64,000 bases of DNA from Perkinsus chesapeaki ATCC PRA-425 (lineage: Eukaryota; Protista; Perkinsozoa). The position numbers were made by a program, and so were the translations under genes. Below, piece after piece: positions 62,201 to 64,000 of the stretch; positions within the stretch are counted from its first letter, which is position 1; each line of letters starts with the position of its first letter. The notes beneath the pieces are model-generated. The model was not told the DNA's origin, made no database searches, and saw nothing but the letters and a program-made list of their open reading frames with translations. Where the stretch lies: positions 13,817 to 77,816 of the forward strand of contig JAAPAO010000101.1 in the NCBI GenBank assembly GCA_013115145.1, given 5' to 3'.

Positions 62201-64000
62201 ACTGTGGTTACCCGGGGCCTTCGAGATCTCATTATGGCTACCGAACCTACCAATCTCGGATTGATATCTGTCAACAGTGAGGAAGTATTCGAAGCCTTAC
62301 TTTCACACTGGTCGCATTTGCGGAACATTCTAGCTCGAAAGGTGATCGGTAGAGTATCCACTTTCGTGCATTCGTTCGAGCACAGTTGTTCCATGCTCCA
62401 AAAGGCCCTGCTCTGCGTGTCAGCGACAGAGGAGGAGCTCCTCGCCAGGGAAAGTATCATACGGGGCATGCCCCAGGCCTTCGACTATCTCCAGAACGCT
62501 CGAGCCGTGCTGGTCTCTTACTTTGACATCTTAGATGCGGCTAGTGTCAAACTGCCTTTCGACGACCTGCTTTCTCGCGTGTGGGTAACGCAGGTGTATC
62601 CGGGTACGTTGAAAACTGCGTGGCGGCGGGCGGAGACAGAGTTGTGTCCAAGAGATCGGCGACAACTTCTTATGGCGTTGAAACGGGACCGAGCTCTCCT
62701 GCTCGAGAATTTGTATGATACAAAGAAGATATTCACAGAAGCGTTCTTTGACGATGAAAGTGTGCTTCTGAGAGAAGACTTGGGAAGCATCATCTTAGCG
62801 GACTGGGTGGTGGAGAAGGCCGACCTCTGTGGTGAGCTGAGGAGACGAATCCAGCAGATGGAAAAGAAGGTCGAGGATGTTACGAGGCGCCACTCACTTT
62901 TGCTGGCCACTGAGGTAGGTTGCTTGCATATTGGTTTTTGCTCTTTGCTATTTCGGCAATTATGTCATCTTGTTTTCTCAGATCGAACGGGAGGAATTTG
63001 CGGGGATCTTGCAACTTGCTAGCGAGTTTGGATGCTATGAGACTGTGTGGATGTTATTGCTGGATTGGACCAAGTATAAATCCACATGGGAGGGGAGAGG
63101 GCTTGGGGTCTACTGCAATAAGGAGGAGGTGAAGCGCGTGGTGATTGAAGGACCAGGAAAGATACGCTGCGCACTCGAAAGAATCTCGGGATACACTTCT
63201 GATCTGGGTGTCTTGTTAATTGCCAACTTGGAAGCTTGGAAGGGCGAGGCGGAGCTCGTCATTGCCCTTTTAAGTGATGATTTGGTCGGCCGACACTGGC
63301 GCGAGATATCTTGCTATTTCTGTGGAGCGCCCGAAGGAGGGCTCGATCCTGAGGTATGGATTCATCCGATAAAAAATGGCAGCATATTCGACCTAGCTTC
63401 ACTGCGTAAATTCGCAAGTGTAGAACATTTGCAGACAGAAGTTTCCAAAATAGCATCGCGGGCGCGGATGGAGGCGGAAAGCCTCCGCAAAGTAGGCGAT
63501 TTCATGGCACAGCAGTGCCACTGGACGCTGAGTCTCAACGAGCACATAAGTGAAGCTGGGTACAGAACCTTCGAGACGAGGGAGCTACATGTTGTCAGGG
63601 AAGGGGCAATGGCGGCTAAGGAAGGATTGGCCAAACTGATAGAGGATGCGGAGGCCCAGTTGCCTGTGGTGGCTGAGACACTATGGTCGGCCCAGGGGCA
63701 ACTGGACAGAGTTTTGATGATGGTCGATCGGCTTGAGCTCCTACATCGGGTGTGGGAGGAGTATGTTGTGCCACGTTGTGGGGAGATCGAGCTGGATATC
63801 CGAGAGGATGAGGAAGATTGTGATGAACTAGTGGAGATTGTTAAAAGGATAAACCAGTGTTGGTTGGAGCTAAGACGAGTGCTTCTTCCACGCACCAGGC
63901 GCAGTATATTAGCGGGAGCCTCAGATAGCGGAGCGCCCAGGCTTATCGAGATTGTTCAAAGCGATGGTCAAGGCAGCAGATACTATGTTATGTGGAAGTT
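59266..64000 (+). CDS. Axonemal dynein heavy chain (inner-arm, DNAH1-like N-terminal region), partial, continues beyond the window
   Basis: NRTPAEWM; WEECLIYGYD..PAFDLTIDGETPEEFAERRK..AETLQ/LYHMLINNMP (intron 60038-60571); RLRKVLKLVRFI..PSPLFTVNL; LGLISVNSEEV..SATEEELL; DHC_N2-like LLSDDLVGRHWREIS..VSKIASRARME in a frame open to the window end. Confidence 0.75.

Overview
Eukaryotic, gene-dense and intron-rich genomic DNA with many short (~45-60 nt) GT-AG introns, so the ORF track mostly shows exon fragments and antisense shadow ORFs. Architecture and gene families point to an alveolate, most likely Perkinsus (inference, no database search). Genes recognised after manual splicing: a long PH-domain gene, two intronless tandem Spinster-type MFS transporters, PEX16, a giant predicted type-I membrane protein, a stand-alone D-glutamate-cyclase-like (DUF4392) gene, a GET4-like gene, a small Cys-rich secreted protein, a possible TFIIIC subunit 6, PEX12, a tandemly duplicated two-gene cassette (unknown gene X + sphingomyelin/IPC-synthase-family gene), tRNA-Ser(CGA) and tRNA-Val(AAC) present only in the first cassette copy, an intronless beta-rich ORF, two intronless TIR-domain multi-pass membrane genes, and the 5' part of a divergent axonemal dynein heavy chain. 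The most striking system is the TIR pair: the TIR fold is split by a hydrophobic hairpin and keeps the NADase-type glutamate, and the two genes share a near-identical 523-bp TIR block that ends abruptly before strongly diverged membrane regions. Multi-exon gene boundaries are manual estimates.
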